The notes beneath the pieces were generated by a model. The model ran no database searches. It was not told where the DNA came from and saw only the letters and a list, made by a program, of their open reading frames with translations. This document shows, piece by piece, positions 27,739-35,742 of a stretch of DNA of 64,000 nt (the first letter of the stretch is position 1; each line of letters begins with the position of its first letter). The stretch is from Salinispira sp. GTDB lineage: Bacteria > Spirochaetota > Spirochaetia > DSM-27196 > Salinispiraceae. Where the stretch lies: the NCBI GenBank assembly GCA_965602015.1, contig OZ271918.1, positions 2,336,001 through 2,400,000 of the forward strand, in the 5' to 3' direction. The position numbers and the translations under genes are program-made.

Positions 27739-30507
27739 ATGATAGACAGGGAATTTGCCCGGGAACTACACCACAGGATGTCCGAGCTGGGAGAACCGCT
27801 TTTCTCCCACGATCAATGGGCCTCCCGGATTTTAGCCTTCGCAGCAGGGCAGCGGGACTTTATGAATGCCCTGCTGCAGTTCGTCGATGTGTTTCCAGTG
27901 CTTCACAGCGATGATTCCCTGAGGGACCACATAGAGAGCTACTTCGCCGCCGTCACCTGTCCCGACGGCTTTTTTACCGGAGATGAGAAGGCGTTCAGAA
28001 ACAACATTCAGAGCCTGTTTTTACTGTTTGTCGTCGGACGGGACCTGGATGAGCTGATACGGGGAATACGGGCCCTGGCGTCCGACGGTTTTGCCTATAC
28101 CCTGGACATGCTCGGCGAAGCCTGCCTGAGCGAGGCTGAGGCCCAGGACTATGTCAGCGGCCAAAAGCAGGCAATTACCCGCATCCATAATGCGGGGCTG
28201 CCGGTTCATATCACCCTCAAGCCCACCAGTCTCTACAGCCAGACCGGGCCCTTGAATTTCAGCCGCAGTGTGTTGATGTTGGCGGACCGGATGAGCGAGA
28301 TTGTCGAACAGGCTCTGAAGGTCGACGGTTTTGTCCACATCGATATGGAACAGCGCCAGTTTAAGAATGTCACCATCGAAGCGTTTAAGGAACTGATTCG
28401 CCGCTATCCACAAAACGCAAATTTGGGCATCGCGGTTCAAAGTTATTTGAAGGAGAGCGAGTCGGATATTCTCTCTCTCATTGATTTTGCCCGCCGGCGG
28501 GATTACCGATTTACCGTTCGTCTGGTGAAGGGGGCATATTACGACTGGGAAACCCTCTTTGCGGAGCAGAACAACTGGCCGAATCCCCTGTGGGAAGAAA
28601 AATGGCAAACCGACATTGCCTATGAAACAAACCTCGCTCACCTGCTTTCCAATTCCGATAGAATCTTCACGGCAGCCGCCACCCACAACCTACGTAGCAC
28701 GGCGGTAGTCAAAAAGCTCGCTGATGAACACGGGGTCGATCAGTCGGGCTACGAGTACCAGATGCTCTACGGTATGGGCTCATCGATGGCGGCGGCCTTG
28801 AGAGACATGGGTCAGACCGTCCGGCTCTACGCTCCATTCGGACCCCCGGTTCCCGGCATGGCATATCTGGTTCGCCGCCTGGTTGAGAACACCGCCCTTA
28901 ACGGCGCGGTGAGAACCCAATTTCTGCAGAGACGGCATCTGGCGGAACTGTTGGCAGATCCCAGAAGCAACGCCGCGGGGCCGAATCCGGCAACCAGAGC
29001 TTTTGCCGGTTCCGGCAACCCATCGCTTACGGAGCCGTCAGACCGAAGACACGCGTTCGCAAACCATCCCCCCGCAGATTTTTCCTCCGCAGAAGTTCGC
29101 GCCCATTTCGCAGATGCCCTGGAGAACTGCGAATCGATGCTGGTCGCCGCGGCGGGCATTCCGGACGTCCGCGCGTCTGATGTCGATCCGGCGGTTCAAC
29201 GCGCGGCTTCTGCCCAAAAAGCATGGGGAGATAAAACAGCGGTGGAGCGCGGGAATATCCTTCGCCGGGCCGCTGAAATTATGTCGGCCCGGATCTACCA
29301 GCTCGCTGCGGTCCAGGTCAGGGAGGTCGGCAAACAGTGGGACCAGGCGTACAACGATGTATGCGAGGCCATCGATTTTCTCAAGTTTTATGCCGGGGAG
29401 GCCGAGGTCCTCTTTGATCGACGGCGGTTAAGTCCCATACCCGCGGAGCGCAATGTCCAGACATGGCGGCCGCGGGGGGTGTACGGGGTCATTGCGCCCT
29501 GGAATTTTCCCTTGGCTATCAGCTGCGGCATGGTGAGCGCCGCCCTGGCCTGCGGCAATTCCGTACTCTACAAACCCGCCGAAGAAAGCCGGATAACCGG
29601 CGCCTTGCTCCACGAAATACTCACCGAAGCGGGACTGCCCGACGGGGTGCTTCACTTTCTTCCAGGCCCGGGTGAAAGCGTGGGCGCAGCATTGGCGTCC
29701 CATCCGGGCATTCGGGGAATTGCCTTCACAGGATCCCGGGAAGTTGGGGTAAAAATCCTCGAAGCCCGGTCTAAGCCTTCGGCGGGCAGCCGGCACATCG
29801 CCGCAGTAATCGCCGAAATGGGCGGAAAGAATGCCATCATCGTCGATGCCGATGCGGACATCGACACCGCCGTCCAGTCAGCAATCGACTCGGCCTTTGG
29901 TTTCCAGGGCCAGAAATGCTCGGCTGCCAGCAGGATTATTATCCATCGGGAGGTATATGCTGAGTTTTCCCGCAGGGTAGTCGAGGCAGCCCAATCTCTC
30001 ATTATCGGCGAAGCTCTGGATTCGGGAAGCAGAGTGGGTCCCCTGGTGAGCTCCGAGGCAGACAAAAAACTCCGTCATTACCTGGAAATTGCCAGAGCGG
30101 AGGGACGGGAACTGCTGTACCGCCACCCCCTTGCTATTTTTGAAGTGCCGGACATGGACCGGCGAATCTGCCGGGAGGAAGTATTCGGACCGCTCCTTGT
30201 CCTGATTCCTGCCGAATCCCTGGAGCAGGCCATTTCCATGGCCAACGATGTGGATTACGGCTTAACCGCGGGGATCATCAGCAGAAACCCGATTCACATC
30301 GATCTGGCCTGCAGACGTCTTGAGGCGGGGAACATTTACGTCAACCGAGGCATAACCGGAGCATTGGTCGGCAGGCAGCCCTTCGGCGGCCACAAGCTTT
30401 CCGGAGTCGGAGCCAAGGCGGGGGGCGAGGATTACCTGAAGCAGTTCGTCAACCCGGTTACCATCAGCGAGAATCTGGTGCGGCGGGGTTTTTCTCCTGA
30501 GCTGTAA
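27739..30507 (+). CDS. putA: Bifunctional proline dehydrogenase / L-glutamate gamma-semialdehyde dehydrogenase
   Basis: PRODH: DMLGEA, RLVKGAY, ATHN, YQMLYGM, YLVRRLVEN. ALDH: IAPWNFPLAI, FTGS, AEMGGKN, QKCSA, EEVFGP, QPFGG. Confidence 0.95.
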   Translation: MIDREFARELHHRMSELGEPLFSHDQWASRILAFAAGQRDFMNALLQFVDVFPVLHSDDSLRDHIESYFAAVTCPDGFFTGDEKAFRNNIQSLFLLFVVGRDLDELIRGIRALASDGFAYTLDMLGEACLSEAEAQDYVSGQKQAITRIHNAGLPVHITLKPTSLYSQTGPLNFSRSVLMLADRMSEIVEQALKVDGFVHIDMEQRQFKNVTIEAFKELIRRYPQNANLGIAVQSYLKESESDILSLIDFARRRDYRFTVRLVKGAYYDWETLFAEQNNWPNPLWEEKWQTDIAYETNLAHLLSNSDRIFTAAATHNLRSTAVVKKLADEHGVDQSGYEYQMLYGMGSSMAAALRDMGQTVRLYAPFGPPVPGMAYLVRRLVENTALNGAVRTQFLQRRHLAELLADPRSNAAGPNPATRAFAGSGNPSLTEPSDRRHAFANHPPADFSSAEVRAHFADALENCESMLVAAAGIPDVRASDVDPAVQRAASAQKAWGDKTAVERGNILRRAAEIMSARIYQLAAVQVREVGKQWDQAYNDVCEAIDFLKFYAGEAEVLFDRRRLSPIPAERNVQTWRPRGVYGVIAPWNFPLAISCGMVSAALACGNSVLYKPAEESRITGALLHEILTEAGLPDGVLHFLPGPGESVGAALASHPGIRGIAFTGSREVGVKILEARSKPSAGSRHIAAVIAEMGGKNAIIVDADADIDTAVQSAIDSAFGFQGQKCSAASRIIIHREVYAEFSRRVVEAAQSLIIGEALDSGSRVGPLVSSEADKKLRHYLEIARAEGRELLYRHPLAIFEVPDMDRRICREEVFGPLLVLIPAESLEQAISMANDVDYGLTAGIISRNPIHIDLACRRLEAGNIYVNRGITGALVGRQPFGGHKLSGVGAKAGGEDYLKQFVNPVTISENLVRRGFSPEL

Positions 30508-30521
30508 TTGTTCATTGCGGT

Positions 30522-30551
30522 AAAAAAACGGCGGAGCATTCGCCCCGCCGT
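30522..30551 (-). terminator. Intrinsic terminator of ppdK (between convergent putA and ppdK)
   Basis: Minus strand ACGGCGG-N9-CCGCCGT followed by a T-run. Confidence 0.75.
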
Positions 30552-30571
30552 CATGCTGCTAACGCATTCCC

Positions 30572-33235
30572 TTATTTTGAATTGCTCAGTACCGATTGTG
30601 CCGCCGCCAGACGGGCGACGGGAACCCGGAAGGGTGAGCAACTGACGTAGTTCATCCCCGCCCGGTAACAGAAATCGATGGAGCTGGGCTCGCCGCCGTG
30701 CTCGCCGCAAATGCCGATTTTGATGTACTTGTTGGTCGAGCGCCCCTTGCTGATTCCCAATTCAACCAGCTGACCGATGCCCTCCTGATCGAGCTTGGCA
30801 AAGGGATCATCCTCGAGAATGCCCTCCTGGATGTACTGAGGTACGAAGGATCCCACGTCGTCCCGGCTGAACCCATAGGTCATCTGGGTGAGGTCGTTGG
30901 TTCCGAAACTGAAGAAATCCGCGTGTTTGGCCAGTTCGTCGGCAACGAGGGTGGCCCGGGGTACCTCGATCATGGTGCCGACCTTATAGTCGATCTTCGC
31001 CTTCGTTTCGTGAAGTACCATCTTCGCCACTTCCTCTACGTGCTCACGCATGATCTCAAGCTCGCGAATATGCCCTACGAGGGGGATCATGATTTCAGGA
31101 TAGACCTGTACCCCTTTCAGGGCTGCCTCGCATGCGGCCCTCATAATGGCTTCGGCCTGCATACGGTAGATTTCCGGGAAGGTGATTCCAAGACGGACGC
31201 CCCGATGACCCAGCATGGGGTTTTCTTCATGGAGGCTGCGGATTTTGTTTTTCAAGGCCTGGGCCGATATGCCGGCGATCTTGGCAAGCTCGCTGATCTG
31301 GGCCTCTTCCTTGGGAACAAACTCGTGGAGCGGCGGATCCAGCAGTCGGATGGTAACGGGAAAACCGTTCATCGCCTCGAAAATGCCCACGAAATCCTTC
31401 TGCTGCAGTGGCAGCAATTTGTCCAGGGCCTTCTGGCGGGCTTCCTTGTCCGTGGCTACAATCATTTCGCGGAAAATACGGATTTTATCTTCTTCAAAAA
31501 ACATGTGCTCGGTTCGGCACAGTCCGATGCCTTCGGCGCCGAAATCACGGGCCCGCTTTGCGTCCACAGGGGTATCCGCATTGGTTCGGATGCCAAAACC
31601 CTTCATGCCCTTCGCCGCCCGGAAACTGTTCATTCGAATTTCATCGGACCAGCTGAGGAAGGTGGTCAGTTCTCCTTTGACCTCCGGCTCCTGAAGTTCA
31701 AGCTGTCCCTCGAACACCTCGCCGGTGGCGCCGTCCAGGGTGATGTAGTCCCCTTCTTTATATTCCTTGCCGGCAATCACCATTTTTTTCCCGACGATTT
31801 GGGCGTCCTTACATCCGGCAATACAGGGTGTTCCCATACCCCGGGCAACAACCGCGGCGTGGCTGGTCATGCCGCCGGTGCTGGTGAGAATACCTTCGGC
31901 TACGTTCATTCCTCCGATGTCCTCGGGGCTTGTTTCAGGGCGGACCAGCAAGACTTTTTTGCCCTTGGCATGCCATTCTTCAGCCTCATCCGCCGAGAAC
32001 ACTATCTGACCGCATGCGGCTCCGGGGCTGGCATTCAAGCCCTTGGCGACGGCCTTGACCTTTTTCTTCTCTGCGGGATTGATCGCCGGATGGAAAACCT
32101 GCTCAAGCTGCAGGGGAGTGACCCGTCCCAGGGCTTCTTCTTTGGTAATAAGTCCCTCGGACACCATGTCTACCGCTACCTTGATGGCTGCGGCTCCGGT
32201 CCGCTTGCCGTTCCGGGTCTGAAGCAGGTAAAGCTGGCCTTCCTGAATGGTAAACTCCATGTCCTGCATGTCGCGGTAATGCTTCTCAAGCCGGTCCTTC
32301 ACGTCAATGAGCTGTTTGAAGATGGCGGGATTGGTATCTTCTAGTTGGGAAAGCTTTTGGGGCGTCCTGATGCCCGCTACCACGTCTTCGCCCTGGGCGT
32401 TCATGAGGTATTCACCGTAGAACATCTTTTCTCCGGTGGAGGGGTCACGGGAGAAGCACACGCCGGTTCCCGAGTCATCGCCGAAGTTACCGAACACCAT
32501 GGCGACGATGTTTACGGCGGTTCCCACCAGGTCCTTGATGTCGTTGATCTGACGGTATTTTATTGCTTTGGTGTTCTGCCAGGATCCGAATACCGCGTCG
32601 ATTGCCTGCCATAACTGATCCATGGGGTCCTGGGGAAAGTCCTCATGGGTGTGTTTTTTATACAGGGCCTTGTACAGCTTGACCACTTCTTTCAGGTCGG
32701 CTACATCGAGATCGACATCATCTTCGATCCCCTTCTTGTATTTGACCTTGTCCATTTCTTTTTCGTAATCTTCGTGGGGAATGCCCTTTACCACATTGCC
32801 GTACATATTGATAAAACGGCGGTAGGAGTCCCAGGCGAGGCGCTCATTGTCGGTGCTTTTATGAAGGCCGAGTACTGCCTCATCGTTCAATCCGAGGTTC
32901 AGGATGGTGTCCATCATTCCCGGCATGGAAACCGCCGCTCCAGACCGGACAGAAACCAGTAGCGGGGAATCCTTGTCCCCAAGTTTTTTGCCCACCGTCG
33001 ATTCAAGCCGGTGAAGGTGTTCCTCCACTTCCTTTATCAGTTCCGGCGAATTCTTCCTGCCGTTTTTATAATACGCATCGCACATTTCCGCGCTGATCGT
33101 AAAACCCGGAGGTACGGGAACTCCGAGATTCGTCATCTCCGCGAGATTAGCCCCCTTGCCGCCGAGGGTCTCTTTCATCTTCGCAGATCCCTCAGCTTGC
33201 CCTCCACCGAAAAAGTACACCTGTTTTTCTGCCAT
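30572..33235 (-). CDS. ppdK: Pyruvate, phosphate dikinase
   Basis: LGGKGANLAEM, VSVRSGA..SMPGMMDT, GGMTSHAAVVARG, GLCRTEHMF, FSFGTNDLTQ; SD GGAGG before ATG 33235. Confidence 0.97.
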   Translation of the reverse strand: MAEKQVYFFGGGQAEGSAKMKETLGGKGANLAEMTNLGVPVPPGFTISAEMCDAYYKNGRKNSPELIKEVEEHLHRLESTVGKKLGDKDSPLLVSVRSGAAVSMPGMMDTILNLGLNDEAVLGLHKSTDNERLAWDSYRRFINMYGNVVKGIPHEDYEKEMDKVKYKKGIEDDVDLDVADLKEVVKLYKALYKKHTHEDFPQDPMDQLWQAIDAVFGSWQNTKAIKYRQINDIKDLVGTAVNIVAMVFGNFGDDSGTGVCFSRDPSTGEKMFYGEYLMNAQGEDVVAGIRTPQKLSQLEDTNPAIFKQLIDVKDRLEKHYRDMQDMEFTIQEGQLYLLQTRNGKRTGAAAIKVAVDMVSEGLITKEEALGRVTPLQLEQVFHPAINPAEKKKVKAVAKGLNASPGAACGQIVFSADEAEEWHAKGKKVLLVRPETSPEDIGGMNVAEGILTSTGGMTSHAAVVARGMGTPCIAGCKDAQIVGKKMVIAGKEYKEGDYITLDGATGEVFEGQLELQEPEVKGELTTFLSWSDEIRMNSFRAAKGMKGFGIRTNADTPVDAKRARDFGAEGIGLCRTEHMFFEEDKIRIFREMIVATDKEARQKALDKLLPLQQKDFVGIFEAMNGFPVTIRLLDPPLHEFVPKEEAQISELAKIAGISAQALKNKIRSLHEENPMLGHRGVRLGITFPEIYRMQAEAIMRAACEAALKGVQVYPEIMIPLVGHIRELEIMREHVEEVAKMVLHETKAKIDYKVGTMIEVPRATLVADELAKHADFFSFGTNDLTQMTYGFSRDDVGSFVPQYIQEGILEDDPFAKLDQEGIGQLVELGISKGRSTNKYIKIGICGEHGGEPSSIDFCYRAGMNYVSCSPFRVPVARLAAAQSVLSNSK

Positions 33236-33329
33236 CGTTACAGAACCTCCTGAAATGTCATGGGAATATGACTGGAACACGTAGTGAGACGCTCAGTTGT
33301 ACTCCGCACGAGATCATATACTATTGAGA

Positions 33330-33358
33330 AGCCTAAACCCGTTTACCCCAGCTGTCAA
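33330..33358 (-). promoter_or_regulatory. Sigma70 promoter of ppdK
   Basis: TTGACA-N17-TAGGCT on the minus strand. Confidence 0.65.
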
Positions 33359-33361
33359 AAC

Positions 33362-33388
33362 AAAAAAAGCCCCGGCATAAGCCGGGGC
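33362..33388 (-). terminator. Intrinsic terminator of the sigma factor gene
   Basis: GCCCCGGC-TTAT-GCCGGGGC-TTTTTTT on the minus strand. Confidence 0.88.
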
Positions 33389-33409
33389 GATGACCCGTTG
33401 TATAAAGCC

Positions 33410-34285
33410 TCAGGCTACATAGGAGGAGAGGTAGCGGCTTCGGGTGGGATGCTGAAGACGTTTGATAGCCTTTTTTTCTATCTGACGGATACGCTCTTTG
33501 GTAAGGTTATATCGGTCGCCGATTTCCTTCAGGCTCATGGGCGCATAGCCGTTGAGACCGAATCGAAACTGGATTATTTCCGCTTCCTTATCGGTGAGGG
33601 TCTCGAGAATTGCATTAATGTCATTCTTGAGAGAGTCCTGCATAACCAAATCTTCAGGGAGGGAGTTCACAGTATCCTCGACGAAATCACTGAGGACAGA
33701 GCTGTCCTTCTCGCGGTAAACCGGGGTTTCAAGGGAGACATGTTCCCGGCTGATGTTGACAAGGTCTGTCACATGCTCTTCTGTCATGTTAAGAGAACGG
33801 GCGATTTCCCTCATTTCTTCGGTTTCACCCATGGAGCCGGAAATACTCTTGCGGACTTTTTCGATCTGGACAAGCTCATTGGCCCGGTTCAGCGGAAGTC
33901 TGATCATTCTGCTTTTTTCGCATATCGCCTTGAGAATAGCCTGGCGAATCCACCATACAGCATAGGAGATAAAGTGAAATCCCTTATCGACGTCGAAACG
34001 CTCTATGGCATTCAGAAGGCCAATGTTTCCCTCGCTGATCAGATCGACCAACGGGAGTCCCTGATTCTGATACTTCTTCGCAACGTTAACAACGAAACGG
34101 AGGTTTGCCTGCACCAGATGGTCCTTGGCAGCCTGCTCGCCGTCCCGGGCTCGGGTCGCTAAATCGACTTCCTGCTCGCGGGTCAGAAGGGGTATACGGT
34201 TTATTTCTTTGAGATATATGGTCAAAATGTTTTCATCGCTGCTTCGGCTTGTGCTGTTGATACGCTTTTCTGATACCTGGCTCAT
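33410..34285 (-). CDS. RNA polymerase sigma70 factor, group 2 / RpoS-like (no region 1.1)
   Basis: Region 1.2 YLKEI.RIPLL, region 2 ANLRFVV..AKKY...DLISEGNIGL..A.ERFD..SYAVWWIRQAI, region 4 LKEIG....LTKERIRQIE; 291 aa from ATG 34285 with SD GGAGG. Confidence 0.93.
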   Translation of the reverse strand: MSQVSEKRINSTSRSSDENILTIYLKEINRIPLLTREQEVDLATRARDGEQAAKDHLVQANLRFVVNVAKKYQNQGLPLVDLISEGNIGLLNAIERFDVDKGFHFISYAVWWIRQAILKAICEKSRMIRLPLNRANELVQIEKVRKSISGSMGETEEMREIARSLNMTEEHVTDLVNISREHVSLETPVYREKDSSVLSDFVEDTVNSLPEDLVMQDSLKNDINAILETLTDKEAEIIQFRFGLNGYAPMSLKEIGDRYNLTKERIRQIEKKAIKRLQHPTRSRYLSSYVA

Positions 34286-34307
34286 TCTGGCCTCCTGCCA
34301 CCATAAA

Positions 34308-34324
34308 AGCAAAAGGCGTGCCAA
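34308..34324 (-). promoter_or_regulatory. Sigma54 (RpoN) -24/-12 promoter of the sigma70-family gene
   Basis: TTGGCACGCCTTTTGCT is an exact match to TGGCACGNNNNTTGCW, with GG-N10-GC spacing, about 23 nt upstream of the start codon. Confidence 0.85.
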
Positions 34325-34376
34325 AAGCAAAATAATTTATCTAACGACCTATCTTTATGCAGTGTAATGATTTATA

Positions 34377-34418
34377 CATATCACACTAAGTGATCACAAT
34401 AATCCCCCCATATCACAA
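34377..34418. promoter_or_regulatory. Candidate upstream activator sequence for a sigma54 enhancer-binding protein
   Basis: ATCACA at 34380, 34393 and 34412; CATATCACA twice, 32 bp apart; TCAC-N5-GTGA and GTGATCAC dyads; about -80 to -120 from the predicted sigma54 start. Confidence 0.45.
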
Positions 34419-34571
34419 TGTGCAATATTGACCCAGCTACCCTCTTACCACCTGCAAGTGGGTTATTTTGATACACAGGCATCAAAGCACTGGGGAATTT
34501 GGGTCATTTCGCCCGCCGACACGGGACATTTCCCGAGGAATCAAAAAAATCACGGGGAAACCCCGAAATTC

Positions 34572-34600
34572 TTGACCAAGATCGGGCCATTTCGTATATT
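34572..34600 (+). promoter_or_regulatory. Sigma70-type promoter of groES
   Basis: TTGACC-N17-TATATT. Confidence 0.65.
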
Positions 34601-34651
34601 TCAGCCATACTATATCACAGCACAATCTACACTCAATTCAGGAGGAATGGT

Positions 34652-34918
34652 ATGAATGTACAGCCTTTAGGCGATCGGGTTCTTCTCAAGACCGAAGCCG
34701 GCGAAGAAAAAACATCCGGAGGTCTCTTTATACCCCAGACAGCGCAGGAGAAAACCCAGACTGCCGTGGTCTCTGCCATCGGTGACGATACCGAAACGAT
34801 TACCGTAAAAGCCGGAGACCGGGTAATGTACGACAAGTACGCCGGCACCCAGGTGAAGATCGACGGCGATGATTACCTCATCGTGAGCTTCTCCGATATT
34901 ATTGCCGTAATTAAGTAA
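34652..34918 (+). CDS. groES: Co-chaperonin GroES (monocistronic)
   Basis: MNVQPLGDRVL, KTSGGLFIP.TAQEK, VKAGDRV.YDKYAGT; SD AGGAGG. Confidence 0.96.
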   Translation: MNVQPLGDRVLLKTEAGEEKTSGGLFIPQTAQEKTQTAVVSAIGDDTETITVKAGDRVMYDKYAGTQVKIDGDDYLIVSFSDIIAVIK

Positions 34919-34942
34919 GCCCACCCTCAACAGCAGCACACG

Positions 34943-34969
34943 CGCCGTCCTTCGGGGCGGCGTTTTTTT
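34943..34969 (+). terminator. Intrinsic terminator of groES
   Basis: CGCCGTCC-TTCG-GGGCGGCG-TTTTTTT. Confidence 0.9.
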
Positions 34970-34994
34970 GTGCTCGGGTTTGCAGCTGTTTTTG

Positions 34995-35141
34995 CAGTGC
35001 CCCCAAAACAGCTGATTTAGTGCGCTAAGTTTTAATCCTGCATGGAAATACAAGTAGAGGTAAAAAAAACCTCAGATCAGTTCGTTACTTCTTGTTCCAA
35101 AGGCATTTGCATCAAATTAATCAGCTGTTTTGGGGGCACTG
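34995..35141. repeat. 147-bp element with perfect 23-bp terminal inverted repeats (MITE/REPIN/BIME-like)
   Basis: CAGTGCCCCCAAAACAGCTGATT (34995-35017) ... AATCAGCTGTTTTGGGGGCACTG (35119-35141), AT-rich 101-bp core, between convergent genes. Confidence 0.9.
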
Positions 35142-35150
35142 TGAACAGAT

Positions 35151-35705
35151 CTACTTGGCGGGGGCGAAATTCCCTATCGCGCTGATAATAAAATCCCCAA
35201 CCTGCCTTTGGGTATCGGGCCTCGTAAAAAGACTGGCGCAGTACACCCGCACAGATAGTCCGTCAATCTCCAGAACAGTAAATGCTTCCTCGGATATGCG
35301 AATCTGCGCCCCGTCCCAGGAGACCACAAGTTTCCCGGCCTCGGCGTCAAGCGTTAGGCCCGGGAAGCCTGAGTAGGGAAGAGTGATGTTCTGGGCCAAC
35401 AGCACGACGCGTTCGCCGGTTTCGTCATACATGCGGAGTATACCCCGGGGTCCCTCGTCCCCCTGTTCTCCGGAGAAGCTCAGGCGGTCCAGTGAAGCCG
35501 GGTCGAGGCTCAGGGCAGCAGGTGGAACCGGAGATACCATGAGATCGAATGCTTCCCCCCCATCGGGGCGGTAGGTCAGGCGCAGTTCCCGGTTGCGGAG
35601 CACAGCCGACACCAGCCTTCCCTCCCGCTCGCGGTTTTGATAACCGCTGATTCTCAGGGAATCCGCTCGGGCAGGTATTACCAACACAAAGATAGACAGC
35701 ATCAT
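35151..35705 (-). CDS. Hypothetical, probably exported protein
   Basis: 184 aa; hydrophobic N-terminus ending in ARA (signal peptidase I-like); follows the metalloprotease gene. Confidence 0.6.
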   Translation of the reverse strand: MMLSIFVLVIPARADSLRISGYQNREREGRLVSAVLRNRELRLTYRPDGGEAFDLMVSPVPPAALSLDPASLDRLSFSGEQGDEGPRGILRMYDETGERVVLLAQNITLPYSGFPGLTLDAEAGKLVVSWDGAQIRISEEAFTVLEIDGLSVRVYCASLFTRPDTQRQVGDFIISAIGNFAPAK

Positions 35706-35742
35706 AAGCAGCGCTGATTTAACGGCATCGGCCTAGATGCCC

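Noticed and set aside
30698..32344. 548-aa plus-strand ORF
   Set aside because: Antisense shadow of ppdK with no recognisable motifs. The same applies to 33284-34162, 44140-45495 and 58045-59100 opposite the sigma factor, the NtrC regulator and uvrB.
34500..34651. CIRCE operator or missing groEL as an anomaly
   Set aside because: No TTAGCACTC-N9-GAGTGCTAA is present; groES separate from groEL is known in spirochaetes.
34995..35141. Calling the inverted-repeat elements a defined IS or MITE
   Set aside because: No target-site duplication, no transposase in the window and non-identical cores; kept as an unclassified repeat family.
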